A stretch of 64,000 nt of DNA from NCBI RefSeq assembly GCF_009914755.1, contig NC_060948.1. One strand, given 5' to 3'. Positions within the stretch are counted from its first letter, which is position 1; the number at the start of each line of letters is the position of its first letter. Positions 1 through 14,223 of the stretch are shown piece after piece. This DNA comes from the human T2T-CHM13v2.0 reference genome, Homo sapiens. A model generated the notes under the pieces. It did not search any database. It saw only the letters and a program-made list of their open reading frames with translations, and was not told where the DNA came from. Made by a program: the position numbers and the translations under genes.

Positions 1-500
1 GAAAGGACTCGAATGGAAATCACTCGAATAGAATGCAATTTAATGAAATAGGATCAAATGTAATGGAATGGAATGGAAAGGAATCGAAACGAAAGGAATG
101 GAGACAGATGGAATGGAATGGAACAGAGAGCAATGGTATAGAATGGAATGGAATCATCTGGAATGGAATTGAATGGAATGGAATAATATGAAATGGAATG
201 GAATGGAATGGAATGGAATGCCCTTGAATTAAATGGACTGGACTCGAACAGAGTGGAATGGAAAGTGTTGAGATAGAATGGAATGGACTCCTTTGGAATG
301 GTGTAGTATGCAATGCAATCGACTGGCATGGAATCAAAAGGAATGTAATGGAATGGATTGGACTGGAATGCAATGGACTCGAATAGATTGGAAACGGAAT
401 GCAAAGGAATGGAATGGAATAGTATGGAATTTAATGGAAAGGAATGGAGTTGAATAGACTAGAGTGGAATGGAAAGGACTGGAAAGCAATGGACTGGAAT

Positions 501-515
501 GGAACTTTCTTGAAT
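501..515. promoter_or_regulatory. Perfect three-pentamer heat-shock element motif A (gGAActTTCttGAAt); present in every unit
   Basis: Matches nGAAnnTTCnnGAAn. The motif is seen directly; HSF1 binding is inferred. Confidence 0.55.
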
Positions 516-2745
516 GGACTGGAATCAAACGGAATGGAATGCAATGCAATCAAATGGCATGGAATAAAATAGAATTAAAGAGTCAAATGGAATTGAATCG
601 AATGGAATCGAATGGATTGGAAAGGAATAGAATGGAATGGAATGGAATTGACTCAAATGGAATGGACTAGAATGGAATGGATTCGAATGGAAGGCAAAGG
701 AATGGAATCTATTGGAATGGACTGTAATGGAATGGAATGGAAGGGATTGGAATGGACTCGAATGGAATGGACTGCAATAGAAAGGATTCGAATGGAATGA
801 AAAAGAATTGAATGGAATAGAACAGAATGGAATCAAATCGAATGAAATGGAATGGAATAGAAAGGAATGGAATGAAATGGAATGGAAAGGATTCGAATGG
901 AATGCAATCGAATGGAATGGAATCGAACGGAATGGAATAAAATGGAAGAAAACTGGCAAGAAATGGAATCGAAATGACTGGAGTGTTATGGAAGGGACTC
1001 AAAAGGAATTGAATGTAATAGAATGGAGTGGAGTGGACTCGAATATAATGGACTGGAATGGAATGAAATCACATGGAATGGGAACGAATGGAATGGAATG
1101 GAAAGGAATGGAATCGAATGGAAAGGAATCGAATGGAAGGGAATGAAATTGAATCAACAGGAATGGAAGGGAATAGAATAGACGGTAATGGAATGGACTC
1201 GAATAGAATGGACACGAATGCTCAAATTGAATGGACTCGAATGGAATGGAAACGAAAGGAATGTCATCGAATGGAATTGAATCGATTGGAATGAAATCGC
1301 ATAGAATGGAGTGGAATCAAATGGAATTGAATCGAAAGGAAAGGAAGCGAGTGGACTGAAATGAAATGGAATGGAATTGAATGGAAAGTAATGCAATGGA
1401 ATAGAATGGAACGAAATTTCACGGAATGGAATCAAACTGAATGGAATCAAATCAATGGAATCAAATCAAATGGAATGGAAAGGAATTGAATGGAGTAGAT
1501 TGGATTGGATGGGATTGGAATGAAATGTACTGGAAAGGACTCGAATTTCATGAAACGGAATGGAATGAATTGGAACGGAATGGACTCGAATGGAATGGAA
1601 TGTCATGGAATGGCATCAAATGGAATGGCATCAAATGGAATGGAATCGAATGCAATGGAATGCTATGGAATGGAATGGAATGCATTGGAATGGAATGTCC
1701 TCTAATGGAATGGATTCGAGTGGAATGGAATCGAATATAATGGAGTCGAATGAAATGGAATTGAAAGGAATGGGATCGAATACAATGGAATATACTGGAA
1801 TGTAATGTAATGAACTCGAATGTAATTGACAGGAATGGAATGTACATGAATGGAATGTAATCGAATGGAAAGTAATCCAATGGAATAGAATCTAATGCAA
1901 TAAAATCGACTCAGATAGAGTAGAATGTAATGGAATGGAGTGCAGTGCAATGCAATGGAATGGAATGGAATGCAATGGAATGGAATGGAATGGAATGGAA
2001 TGGAATGGGATGGAATGGTATGGAATGGATAGTAATGGACTGGAGTGAAATGGACTGGAAAGGAATGGACTCAAATTGAAAGGGCTCGAAAGGAATGGAG
2101 TCAAATGGAATGGTCTGGAATGGAATGAACACGAATGTAATGCAATCCAATAGAATGGAATCGAATGGCATGGAATATAAAGAAATGGAATCGAAGAGAA
2201 TGGAAACAAATGGAATGGAATTGAATGGAATGGAATTGAATGGAATGGGAACGAATGGAGTGAAATTGTATGCAGTAGAAGGGAATAGAATGGAATGCAA
2301 GCGAAAGGAAAGGAATGGATTGGAATGGAATGGAATTCATTGGAATGGAAAGGAATGTAGTGTAATGGACAGGTCTGGAATAAAGTGGAATGCTACGGTC
2401 TCAATGGAATAAAAATGTATGGAATGGAATGCAATGAAACGGAATCGAATGTCATAGAATGTAATGGAATGCAAAAAAATGGAATCCAAAATCATTGACT
2501 GGAAAGGCTGGGTGTCGAAAGGAATTGACTCCAATGGAATGGAATCGAATGGAATGGAAGTGAATAGAATCGAACTAAATCGAATGGAATGGAAGTGATA
2601 GGAACGGAATGGAAAGGAATGCAATGATTTGGCATGGAATGGAATCGAATGGCATCGAATGGAATGGAATGGAATGCAATGGAATGGAATGTATTAGAAT
2701 GTAATGAACTTTAATGGAATGTACTCGAATGGATTCGACTGGAAT

Positions 2746-2760
2746 GGAATGTTCTGGAAG
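2746..2760. promoter_or_regulatory. Perfect three-pentamer heat-shock element motif B (gGAAtgTTCtgGAAg); present in every unit
   Basis: Matches nGAAnnTTCnnGAAn. The motif is seen directly; HSF1 binding is inferred. Confidence 0.55.
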
Positions 2761-3020
2761 TGAATGGACTCCAATGGAATGGATTCCAAAGGAATGGAAT
2801 CGTACGGAATGGAATCTAATGGAATGGAATTAAATGGAAATGAATCAAATTGAATAGCACGGAATTGAATTGAATGGAATGGAATGCAATGGAATCTAAT
2901 GAAACGGAAAGGAAAGGAATGGAATGGAATGGGCTGGAATGGAAAGGAATCGAAACGAATGGAATGGAATCGAACTGAAGAGACTGGAATGGAATGCACT
3001 GGAATGGAAGGGAGTGTAAT

Positions 3021-3035
3021 GGAAGGTTCTCGAAA
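3021..3035. promoter_or_regulatory. Perfect three-pentamer heat-shock element motif C (gGAAggTTCtcGAAa); present in every unit
   Basis: Matches nGAAnnTTCnnGAAn. The motif is seen directly; HSF1 binding is inferred. Confidence 0.55.
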
Positions 3036-3536
3036 AAAATGGAATCGAATGGAATGGAATTGAATGGAACGGAATAGAGTCGAATGGAATTGAATGGAAT
3101 GGAATGGACTAGAGTGAAATGGAATCGAACCACAAGGAATGGACAGGAATAGAATGGTCTCGAATTGAATGGAATCGTATGGAATGGCATCAAACGGAAT
3201 GGAATGGAAAGCCACGGAATGGAATGCACTCGAATGCAATGGAGTCGAAACTAATGGACTGGAATAGAATGGACTCGACTGGTACGGACTCCAATGGAAT
3301 GGAATCGAATGGAAGGGAATCGAACGGAATGGACTCGAAGGGAAAAGACTGCAATGGAAAGGTCTCGAATGGAATGGAAATTAATGGAATGGAATGGAAT
3401 CGAATGAAATGGAGTCAAAAGGAATGGAATCGAATGGCAAGAAATCGAATGTAATGGAATCGCAAGGAATTGATGCGAACGGAACGGAATGGAATGGAAT
3501 CCAAAGGAATGGAATAGAATGGAATGGAATCGAATG

Positions 3537-6500
3537 GAAAGGACTCGAATGGAAATCACTCGAATAGAATGCAATTTAATAAAATAGGATCAAATGTAAT
3601 GGAATGGAATGGAAAGGAATCGAAACGAAAGGAATGGAGACAGATGGAATGGAATGGAACAGAGAGCAATGGTATAGAATGGAATGGAATCATCTGGAAT
3701 GGAATTGAATGGAATGGAATAATATGAAATGGAATGGAATGGAATGGAATGGAATGCCCTTGAATTAAATGGACTGGAATGGAATGGACTCGAACAGAGT
3801 GGAATGGAAAGTGTTGAGATAGAATGGAATGGACTCGTTCGGAATGGTCTAGTAGGCAATGCAATCGACTGGCAGGGAATCAAAAGGAATGTAATCGAAT
3901 GGATTGGACTGGAATGCAATGGACTCGAATAGATTGCAAACGGAATGCAAAGGAATGGAATGGAATAGTATGGAATGGAATGGAAAGGAATGGAGTGGAA
4001 TAGACTAGAGTGGAATGGAATGGACTGGAAAGAAATGGACTGGAATGGAACTTTCTTGAATGGACTGGAATCAAACGGAATGGAATGCAATGCAATCAAA
4101 TGGCATGGAATAAAATAGAATGAAAGAGAATCAAATGGAATTGAATCGAATGGAATCGAATGGATTGGAAAGGAATAGAATGGAATGGAATGGAATTGAC
4201 TCAAATGGAATGGACTAGAATGGAATGGATTCGAATGGAAGGCAAACGAATGGAATCTATTGGAATGGACTGTAATGGAATGGAATGGAAGGGATTGGAA
4301 TGTACTCGAATGGAATGGACTGCAATAGAAAGGATTCGAATGGAATGAAAAAGAATTGAATGGAATAGAACAGAATGGAATCAAATCGAATGAAATGGAA
4401 TGGAATAGAAAGGAATGGAATGAAATGGAATGGAAAGGATTCGAATGGAATGCAATCGAATGGAATGGAATCGAACGGAATGGAATAAAATGGAAGAAAA
4501 CTGGCAAGAAATGGAATCGAAATGAATGGAGTGTTATGGAACGGACTCAAAAGGAATTGAATGTAATAGAATGGAGTGGAGTGGACTCGAAGATAATGGA
4601 CTGGAATGGAATGAAATCACATGGAATGGGAACGAATGGAATGGAATGGAAAGGAATGGAATCGAATGGAAAGGAATCGAATGGAAGGGAATGAAATTGA
4701 ATCAACAGGAATGGAAGGGAATAGAATAGACGGTAATGGAATGGACTCGAATTGAATGGACACGAATGCTCAAATTGAATGGACTCGAATGCAATGGAAA
4801 CGAAAGGAATGTCATCGAATGGAATTGAATCGATTGGAATGAAATCGCATAGAATGGAGTAGAATCAAATGGAATTGAATCGAAAGGAAAGGAAGCGAAT
4901 GGACTGAAATGAAATGGAATGGAATTGAATGGAAACTAATGCAATGGAATAGAATGGAACGAAATTTCACGGAATGGAATCAAACTGAATGGAATCAAAT
5001 CAATGGAATCTAATCAAATGGAATGGAAAGGAATTGAATGGAGTAGATTGGATTGGATGGGATTGGAATGAAATGTACTGGAAAGGACTCGAATTTCATG
5101 AAACGGAATGGAATGAATTGGAACGGAATGGACTCGAATGGAATGGAATGTCATGGAATGGCATCAAATGGAATGGCATCAAATGGAATGGAATCGAATG
5201 CAATGGAATGCTATGGAATGGAATGGAATGCATTGGAATGGAATGTCCTCTAATGGAATGGATTCGAGTGGAATGGCATCGAATATAATGGAGTCGAATG
5301 AAATGGAATTGAAAAGAATGGGATCGAATACAATGGAATATACTGGAATGTAATGTAATGAACTCGAATGTAATTGACTGGAATGGAATGTACATGAATG
5401 GAATGTAATCGAATGGAAAGTAATCCAATGGAATAGAATCTAATGCAATAAAATCGACTCAAATAGAGTAGAATGTAATGGAATGGAGTGCAGTGCAATG
5501 GAATGGAATGGAATGGAATGCAATGGAATGGAATGGAATGTTATGGAATGGAATGGAATGGATTGGAATGGGATGGAATGGTATGGAATGGATAGTAATG
5601 GACTGGAGTGAAATGGACTGGAAAGGAATGGACTCAAATTGAAAGGGCTCGAAAGGAATGGAGTCAAATGGAATAGTCTGGAATGGAATGAACACGAATG
5701 TAATGCAATCCAATAGAATGTAATCGAATGGCATGGAATATAAAGAAATGGAATCGAAGAGAATGGAAACAAATGGAATGGAATTGAATGGAATGGAATT
5801 GAATGGAATGGGAACGAATGGAGTGAAATTGTATGCAGTAGAAGAGAATAGAATGGAATGCAAGCGAAAGGAAAGGAATGGATTGGAATGGAATGGAATT
5901 CATTGGAATGGAAGGGAATGTAGTGTAATGGACAGGCCTGGAATAAAGTGGAATGCTACGGTCTCGAATGGAATAAAAATGTATGGAATGGAATGCAATG
6001 AAAGGGAATCGAATGTCATAGAATGTAATGGAATGCAAAAAAATGGAATCCAAAATCATTGACTGGAAAGGCTGGGTGTCGAAAGGAATTGACTCCAATG
6101 GAATGGAATCGAATGGAATGGAAGTGAATAGAATCGAACTAAATCGAATGGAATGGAACTGATAGGAACGGAATGGAGAGGAATGCAATGATTTGGCATG
6201 GAATGCAATCGAATGGCATCGAATGGAATGGAATGGAATGCAATGGAATGGAATGTATTAGAATGTAATGAACTTTAATGGAATGTACTCGAATGGATTC
6301 GACTGGAATGGAATGTTCTGGAAGTGAATGGACTCCAATGGAATGGATTCAAAAGGAATGGAATCGTACGGAATGGAATCTAATGGAATGGAATTAAATG
6401 GAAATGAATCAAATTGAATAGCACGGAATTGAATTGAATGGAATCGAATGCAACGGAATCTAATGAAACGGAAAGGAAAGGAATGGAATGGAATGGAATG

Positions 6501-7105
6501 GGCTGGAATGGAAAGGAATCGAAACGAATGGAATGGAATCGAACTGAAGAGACTGGAATGGAATGCACTGGAATGGAAGGGAGTGTAATGGAAGGTTCTC
6601 GAAAAAAATGGAATCGAATGGAATGGAATTGAATGGAACGGAATAGAGTCGAATGGAATTGAATGGAATGGAATGGACTAGAGTGAAATGGAATCGAACC
6701 ACAAGGAATGGACAGGAATAGAATGGTCTCGAATTGAATGGAATCGTATGGAATGGCATCAAACGGAATGGAATGGACAGCCACGGAATGGAATGCACTC
6801 GAATGCAATGGAGTCGAAACTAATGGACTGGAATAGAATGGACTCGACTGGTACGGACTCCAATGGAATGGAATCGAATGGAAGGGAATCGAACGGAATG
6901 GACTCAAAGGGAAAAGACTGCAATGGAAAGGTCTCGAATGGAATGGAAATTAATGGAATGGAATGGAATCGAATGAAATGGAGTCAAAAGGAATGGAATC
7001 GAATGACAAGAAATCGAATGTAATGGAATCGCAAGGAATTGATGTGAACGGAACGGAATGGAATGGAATCCAAAGGAATGGAATAGAATGGAATGGAATC
7101 GAATG
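3537..7105 (+). repeat. DYZ1 unit 2 (3,569 bp)
   Basis: Phase marker recurrence; ORF-track offsets 3556 and 7125. Confidence 0.9.
5799..5952 (+). other. Diagnostic DYZ1 segment used for PCR sexing (example in unit 2), containing the EcoRI and HaeIII/StuI sites
   Basis: Starts TTGAATGGAATGGGAACGAATGG and ends GGACAGGCCTGGAATAAAGTGGA. These match the Y1.2/Y1.1 Y-repeat primer sequences as I recall them (not verified against a database). AGGCCT lies at 5934-5939. Confidence 0.7.
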
Positions 7106-10100
7106 GAAAGGACTCGAATGGAAATCACTCGAATAGAATGCAATTTAATAAAATAGGATGAAATGTAATGGAATGGAATGGAAAGGAATCGAAACGAAAG
7201 GAATGGAGACAGATGGAATGGAATGGAACAGAGAGCAATGGTATAGAATGGAATGGAATCATCTGGAATGGAATTGAATGGAATGGAATAATATGAAATG
7301 GAATGGAATGGAATGGAATGGAATGCCCTTGAATTAAATGGACTGGAATGGAATGGACTCGAACAGAGTGGAATGGAAAGTGTTGAGATAGAATGGAATG
7401 GACTCGTTTGGAATGGTCTAGTATGCAATGCAATCGACTGGCAGGGAATCAAAAGGAATGTAATGGAATGGATTGGACTGGAATGCAATGGACTCGAATA
7501 GATTGGAAACGGAATGCAAAGGAATGGAATGGAATAGTATGGAATGGAATGGAAAGGAATGGAGTGGAATAGACTAGAGTGGAATGGAATGGACTGGAAA
7601 GCAATAGACTGGAATGGAACTTTCTTGAATGGACTGGAATCAAACGGAATGGAATGCAATGCAATCAAATGGCATGGAATAAAATAGAATGAAAGAGAAT
7701 CAAATGGAATTGAATCGAATGGAATCGAATGGATTGGAAAGGAATAGAATGGAATGGAATGGAATTGACTCAAATGGAATGGACTAGAATGGAATGGATT
7801 CGAATGGAAGGCAAAGGAATGGAATCTATTGGAATGGACTGTAATGGAATGGAATGGAAGGGATTGGAATGGACTCGAATGGAATGGACTGCAATAGAAA
7901 GGATTCGAATGGAATGAAAAAGAATTGAATGGAATAGAACAGAATGGAATCAAATCGAATGAAATGGAATGGAATAGAAAGGAATGGAATGAAATGGAAT
8001 GGAAAGGATTCGAATGGAATGCAATCGAATGGAATGGAATCGAACGGAATGGAATAAAATGGAAGAAAACTGGCAAGAAATGGAATCGAAATGAATGGAA
8101 TGTTATGGAACGGACTCAAAAGGAATTGAATGTAATAGAATGGAGTGGAGTGGACTCGAATATAATGGACTGGAATGGAATGAAATCACATGGAATGGGA
8201 ACGAATGGAATGGAATGGAAAGGAATGGAATCGAATGGAAAGGAATCGAATGGAAGGGAATGAAATTGAATCAACAGGAATGGAAGGGAATAGAATAGAC
8301 GGTAATGGAATGGACTCGAATTGAATGGACACGAATGCTCAAATTGAATGGACTCGAATGGAATGGAAACGAAAGGAATGTCAACGAATGGAATTGAATC
8401 GATTGGAATGAAATCGCATAGAATGGAGTGGAATCAAATGGAATTGAATCGAAAGGAAAGGAAGCGAATGGACTGAAATGAAATGGAATGGAATTGAATG
8501 GAAAGTAATGCAATGGAATAGAATGGAACGAAATTTCACGGAATGGAATCAAACTGAATGGAATCAAATCAATGGAATCTAATCAAATGGAATGGAAAGG
8601 AATTGAATGGAGTAGATTGGATTGGATGGGATTGGAATGAAATGTACTGGAAAGGACTCGAATTTCATGAAACGGAATGGAATGAATTGGAACGGAATGG
8701 ACTCGAATGGAATGGAATGTCATGGAATGGCATCAAATGGAATGGCATCAAATGGAATGGAATCGAATGCAATGGAATGCTATGGAATGGAATGGAATGC
8801 ATTGGAATGGAATGTCCTCTAATGGAATGGATTCGAGTGGAATGGAATCGAATATAATGGAGTCGAATGAAATGGAATTGAAAAGAATGGGATCGAATAC
8901 AATGGAATATACTGGAATGTAATGTAATGAACTCGAATGTAATTGACTGGAATGGAATGTACATGAATGGAATGTAATCGAATGGAAAGTAATCCAATGG
9001 AATAGAAACTAATGCAATAAAATCGACTCAAATAGAGTAGAATGTAATGGAATGGAGTGCAGTGCAATGGAATGGAATGGAATGGAATGCAATGGAATGG
9101 AATGGAATGTTATGGAATGGAATGGAATGGATTGGAATGGGATGGAATGGTATGGAATGGATAGTAATGGACTGGAGTGAAATGGACTGGAAAGGAATGG
9201 ACTCAAATTGAAAGGGCTCGAAAGGAATGGAGTCAAATGGAATAGTCTGGAATGGAATGAACACGAATGTAATGCAATCCAATAGAATGTAATCGAATGG
9301 CATGGAATATAAAGAAATGGAATCGAAGAGAATGGAAACAAATGGAATGGAATTGAATGGAATGGAATTGAATGGAATGGGAACGAATGGAGTGAAATTG
9401 TATGCAGTAGAAGAGAATAGAATGGAATGCAAGCGAAAGGAAAGGAATGGATTGGAATGGAATGGAATTCATTGGAATGGAAGGGAATGTAGTGTAATGG
9501 ACAGGCCTGGAATAAAGTGGAATGCTACGGTCTCGAATGGAATAAAAATGTATGGAATGGAATGCAATGAAACGGAATCGAATGTCATAGAATGTAATGG
9601 AATGCAACAAAATGGAATCCAAAATCATTGACTGGAAAGGCTGGGTGTCGAAAGGAATTGACTCCAATGGAATGGAATCGAATGGAATGGAAGTGAATAG
9701 AATCGAACTAAATCGAATGGAATGGAATTGATAGGAACGGAATGGAGAGGAATGCAATGATTTGGCATGGAATGCAATCGAATGGCATCGAATGGAATGG
9801 AATGGAATGCAATGGAATGGAATGTATTAGAATGTAATGAACTTTAATGGAATGTACTCGAATGGATTCGACTGGAATGGAATGTTCTGGAAGTGAATGG
9901 ACTCCAATGGAATGGATTCAAAAGGAATGGAATCGTACGGAATGGAATCTAATGGAATGGAATTAAATGGAAATGAATCAAATTGAATAGCACGGAATTG
10001 AATTGAATGGAATGGAATGCAATGGAATCTAATGAAACGGAAAGGAAAGGAATGGAATGGAATGGAATGGGCTGGAATGGAAAGGAATCGAAACGAATGG

Positions 10101-10674
10101 AATGGAATCGAACTGAAGAGACTGGAATGGAATGCACTGGAATGGAAGGGAGTGTAATGGAAGGTTCTCGAAAAAAATGGAATGGAATGGAATGGAATTG
10201 AATGGAACGGAATAGAGTCGAATGGAATTGAATGGAATGGAATGGACTAGAGTGAAATGGAATCGAACCACAAGGAATGGACAGGAATAGAATGGTCTCG
10301 AATTGAATGGAATCGTATGGAATGGCATCAAACGGAATGGAATGGACAGCCACGGAATGGAATGCACTCGAATGCAATGGAGTCGAAACTAATGGACTGG
10401 AATAGAATGGACTCGACTGGTACGGACTCCAATGGAATGGAATCGAATGGAAGGGAATCGAACGTAATGGACTCGAAGGGAAAAGACTGCAATGGAAAGG
10501 TCTCGAATGGAATGGAAATTAATGGAATGGAATGGAATCGAATGAAATGGAGTCAAAAGGAATGGAATCGAATGGCAAGAAATCGAATGTAATGGAATCG
10601 CAAGGAATTGATGTGAACGGAACGGAATGGAATGGAATCCAAAGGAATGGAATAGAATGGAATGGAATCGAATG
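7106..10674 (+). repeat. DYZ1 unit 3 (3,569 bp)
   Basis: Phase marker recurrence; ORF-track offsets 7125 and 10694. Confidence 0.9.
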
Positions 10675-13600
10675 GAAAGGACTCGAATGGAAATCACTCG
10701 AATAGAATGCAATTTAATAAAATAGGATCAAATGTAATGGAATGGAATGGAAAGGAATCGAAACGAAAGGAATGGAGACAGATGGAATGGAATGGAACAG
10801 AGAGCAATGGTATAGAATGGAATGGAATCATCTGGAATGGAATTGAATGGAATGGAATAATATGAAATGGAATGGAATGGAATGGAATGGAATGCCCTTG
10901 AATTAATTGGACTGGAATGGAATGGACTCGAACAGAGTGGAATGGAAAGTGTTGAGATAGAATGGAATGGACTCGTTTGGAATGGTCTAGTATGCAATGC
11001 AATCGACTGGCAGGGAATCAAAAGGAATGTAATCGAATGGATTGGACTGGAATGCAATGGACTCGAATAGATTGGAAACGGAATGCAAAGGAATGGAATG
11101 GAATAGTATGGAATGGAATGGAAAGGAATGGAGTGGAATAGACTAGAGTGGAATGGAATGGACTGGAAAGCAATAGACTGGAATGGAACTTTCTTGAATG
11201 GACTGGAATCAAACGGAATGGAATGCAATGCAATCAAATGGCATGGAATAAAATAGAATGAAAGAGAATGAAATGGAATTGAATCGAATGGAATCGAATG
11301 GATTGGAAAGGAATAGAATGGAATGGAATGGAATTGACTCAAATGGAATGGACTAGAATGGAATGGATTCGAATGGAAGGCAAAGGAATGGAATCTATTG
11401 GAATGGACTGTAATGGAATGGAATGGAAGGGATTGGAATGGACTCGAATGGAATGGACTGCAATAGAAAGGATTCGAATGGAATGAAAAAGAATTGAATG
11501 GAATAGAACAGAATGGAATCAAATCGAATGAAATGGAGTGGAATAGAAAGGAATGGAATGAAATGGAATGGAAAGGATTCGAATGGAATGCAATCGAATG
11601 GAATGGAATCGAACGGAATGGAATAAAATGGAAGAAAACTGGCAAGAAATGGAATCGAAATGAATGGAGTGTTATGGAACGGACTCAAAAGGAATTGAAT
11701 GTAATAGAATGGAGTGGAGTGGACTCGAATATAATGGACTGGAATGGAATGAAATCACATGGAATGGGAACGAATGGAATGGAATGGAAAGGAATGGAAT
11801 CGAATGGAAAGGAATCGAATGGAAGGGAATGAAATTGAATCAACAGGAATGGAAGGGAATAGAATAGACGGTAATGGAATGGACTCGAATAGAATGGACA
11901 CGAATGCTCAAATTAAATGGACTCGAATGGAATGGAAACGAAAGGAATGTCATCGAATGGAATTGAATCGATTGGAATGAAATCGCATAGAATGGAGTGG
12001 AATCAAATGGAATTGAATCGAAAGGAAAGGAAGCGAATGGACTGAAATGAAATGGAATGGAATTGAATGGAAAGTAATGCAATGGAATAGAATGGAACGA
12101 AATTTCACGGAATGGAATCAAACTGAATGGAATCAAATCAATGGAATCTAATCAAATGGAATGGAAAGGAATTGAATGGAGTAGATTGGATTGGATGGGA
12201 TTGGAATGAAATGTACTGGAAAGGACTCGAATTTCATGAAACGGAATGGAATGAATTGGAACGGAATGGACTCGAATGGAATGGAATGTCATGGAATGGC
12301 ATCAAATGGAATGGCATCAAATGGAATGGAATCGAATGCAATGGAATGCTATGGAATGGAATGGAATGCATTGGAATGGAATGTCCTCTAATGGAATGCA
12401 TTCGAGTGGAATGGAATCGAATATAATGGAGTCGAATGAAATGGAATTGAAAAGAATGGGATCGAATACAATGGAATATACTGGAATGTAATGTAATGAA
12501 CTCGAATGTAATTGACTGGAATGGAATGTACATGAATGGAATGTAATCGAATGGAAAGTAATCCAATGGAATAGAAACTAATGCAATAAAATCGACTCAA
12601 ATAGAGTAGAATGTAATGGAATGGAGTGCAGTGCAATGGAATGGAATGGAATGGAATGCAATGGAATGGAATGGAATGGAATGGAATGGGATGGAATGGT
12701 GTGGAATGGATAGTAATGGACTGGAGTGAAATGGACTGGAAAGGAATGGACTCAAATTGAAAGGGCTCGAAAGGAATGGAGTCAAATGGAATGGTCTGGA
12801 ATGGAATGAACACGAATGTAATGCAATCCAATAGAATGGAATCGAATGGCATGGAATATAAAGAAATGGAATCGAAGAGAATGGAAACAAATGGAATGGA
12901 ATTGAATGGAATGGAATTGAATGGAATGGGAAGGAATGGAGTGAAATTGTATGCAGTAGAAGAGAATAGAATGGAATGCAAGTGAAAGGAAAGGAATGGA
13001 TTGGAATGGAATGGAATTCATTGGAATGGAAGGGAATGTAGTGTAATGGACAGGCCTGGAATAAAGTGGAATGCTACGGTCTCGAATGGAATAAAAATGT
13101 ATGGAATGGAATGCAATGAAACGGAATCGAATGTCATAGAATGTAATGGAATGCAAAAAAATGGAATCCAAAATCATTGACTGGAAAGGCTGGGTGTCGA
13201 AAGGAATTGACTCCAATGGAATGGAATCGAATGGAATGGAAGTGAATAGAATCGAACTAAATCGAATGGAATGGAATTGATAGGAACGGAATGGAAAGGA
13301 ATGCAATGATTTGGCATGGAATGGAATCGAATGGCATCGAATGGAATGGAATGGAATGCAATGGAATGGAATGTATTAGAATGTAATGAACTTTAATGGA
13401 ATGTACTCGAATGGATTCGACTGGAATGGAATGTTCTGGAAGTGAATGGACTCCAATGGAATGGATTCAAAAGGAATGGAATCGTACGGAATGGAATCTA
13501 ATGGAATGGAATTAAATGGAAATGAATCAAATTGAATAGCACGGAATTGAATTGAATGGAATGGAATGCAATGGAATCTAATGAAACGGAAAGGAAAGGA

Positions 13601-14223
13601 ATGGAATGGAATGGAATGGGCTGGAATGGAAAGGAATCGAAACGAATGGAATGGAATCGAACTGAAGAGACTGGAATGGAATGCACTGGAATGGAAGGGA
13701 GTGTAATGGAAGGTTCTCGAAAAAAATGGAATCGAATGGAATGGAATTGAATGGAACGGAATAGAGTCGAATGGAATTGAATGGAATGGAATGGACTAGA
13801 GTGAAATGGAATCGAACCACAAGGAATGGACAGGAATAGAATGGTCTCGAATTGAATGGAATCGTATGGAATGGCATCAAACGGAATGGAATGGACAGCC
13901 ACGGAATGGAATGCACTCGAATGCAATGGAGTCGAAACTAATGGACTGGAATAGAATGGACTCGACTGGTACGGACTCCAATGGAATGGAATCGAATGGA
14001 AGGGAATCGAACGGAATGGACTCGAAGGGAAAAGACTGCAATGGAAAGGTCTCGAATGGAATGGAAATTAATGGAATGGAATGGAATCGAATGAAATGGA
14101 GTCAAAAGGAATGGAATCGAATGGCAAGAAATCGAATGTAATGGAATCGCAAGGAATTGATGTGAACGGAACGGAATGGAATGGAATCCAAAGGAATGGA
14201 ATAGAATGGAATGGAATCGAATG
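10675..14223 (+). repeat. DYZ1 unit 4 (3,549 bp)
   Basis: ORF-track offsets 10662 and 14211. Confidence 0.9.

Larger units (their letters stand above)
1..3536 (+). repeat. DYZ1 unit 1 (3,536 bp; most diverged; phase set arbitrarily at GAAAGGACTCGAATGGAAATCACTC)
   Basis: The phase marker recurs at 3537. Private 10-bp, 2-bp and 1-bp deletions; HaeIII site lost. Confidence 0.9.

Noticed and set aside
1412-1555. Additional HSE-like motifs GAAatTTCacGGA and GAAtTTCatGAA
   Set aside because: Only two correctly spaced pentamers each, so they were not counted as perfect elements.
5006-5016. GAATCTAATCA variant (units 2-4, 8, 9) resembling the DUX4 site TAATCTAATCA
   Set aside because: It mismatches the first base of the TAA core and is easily produced by chance in AAT-rich pentamers.
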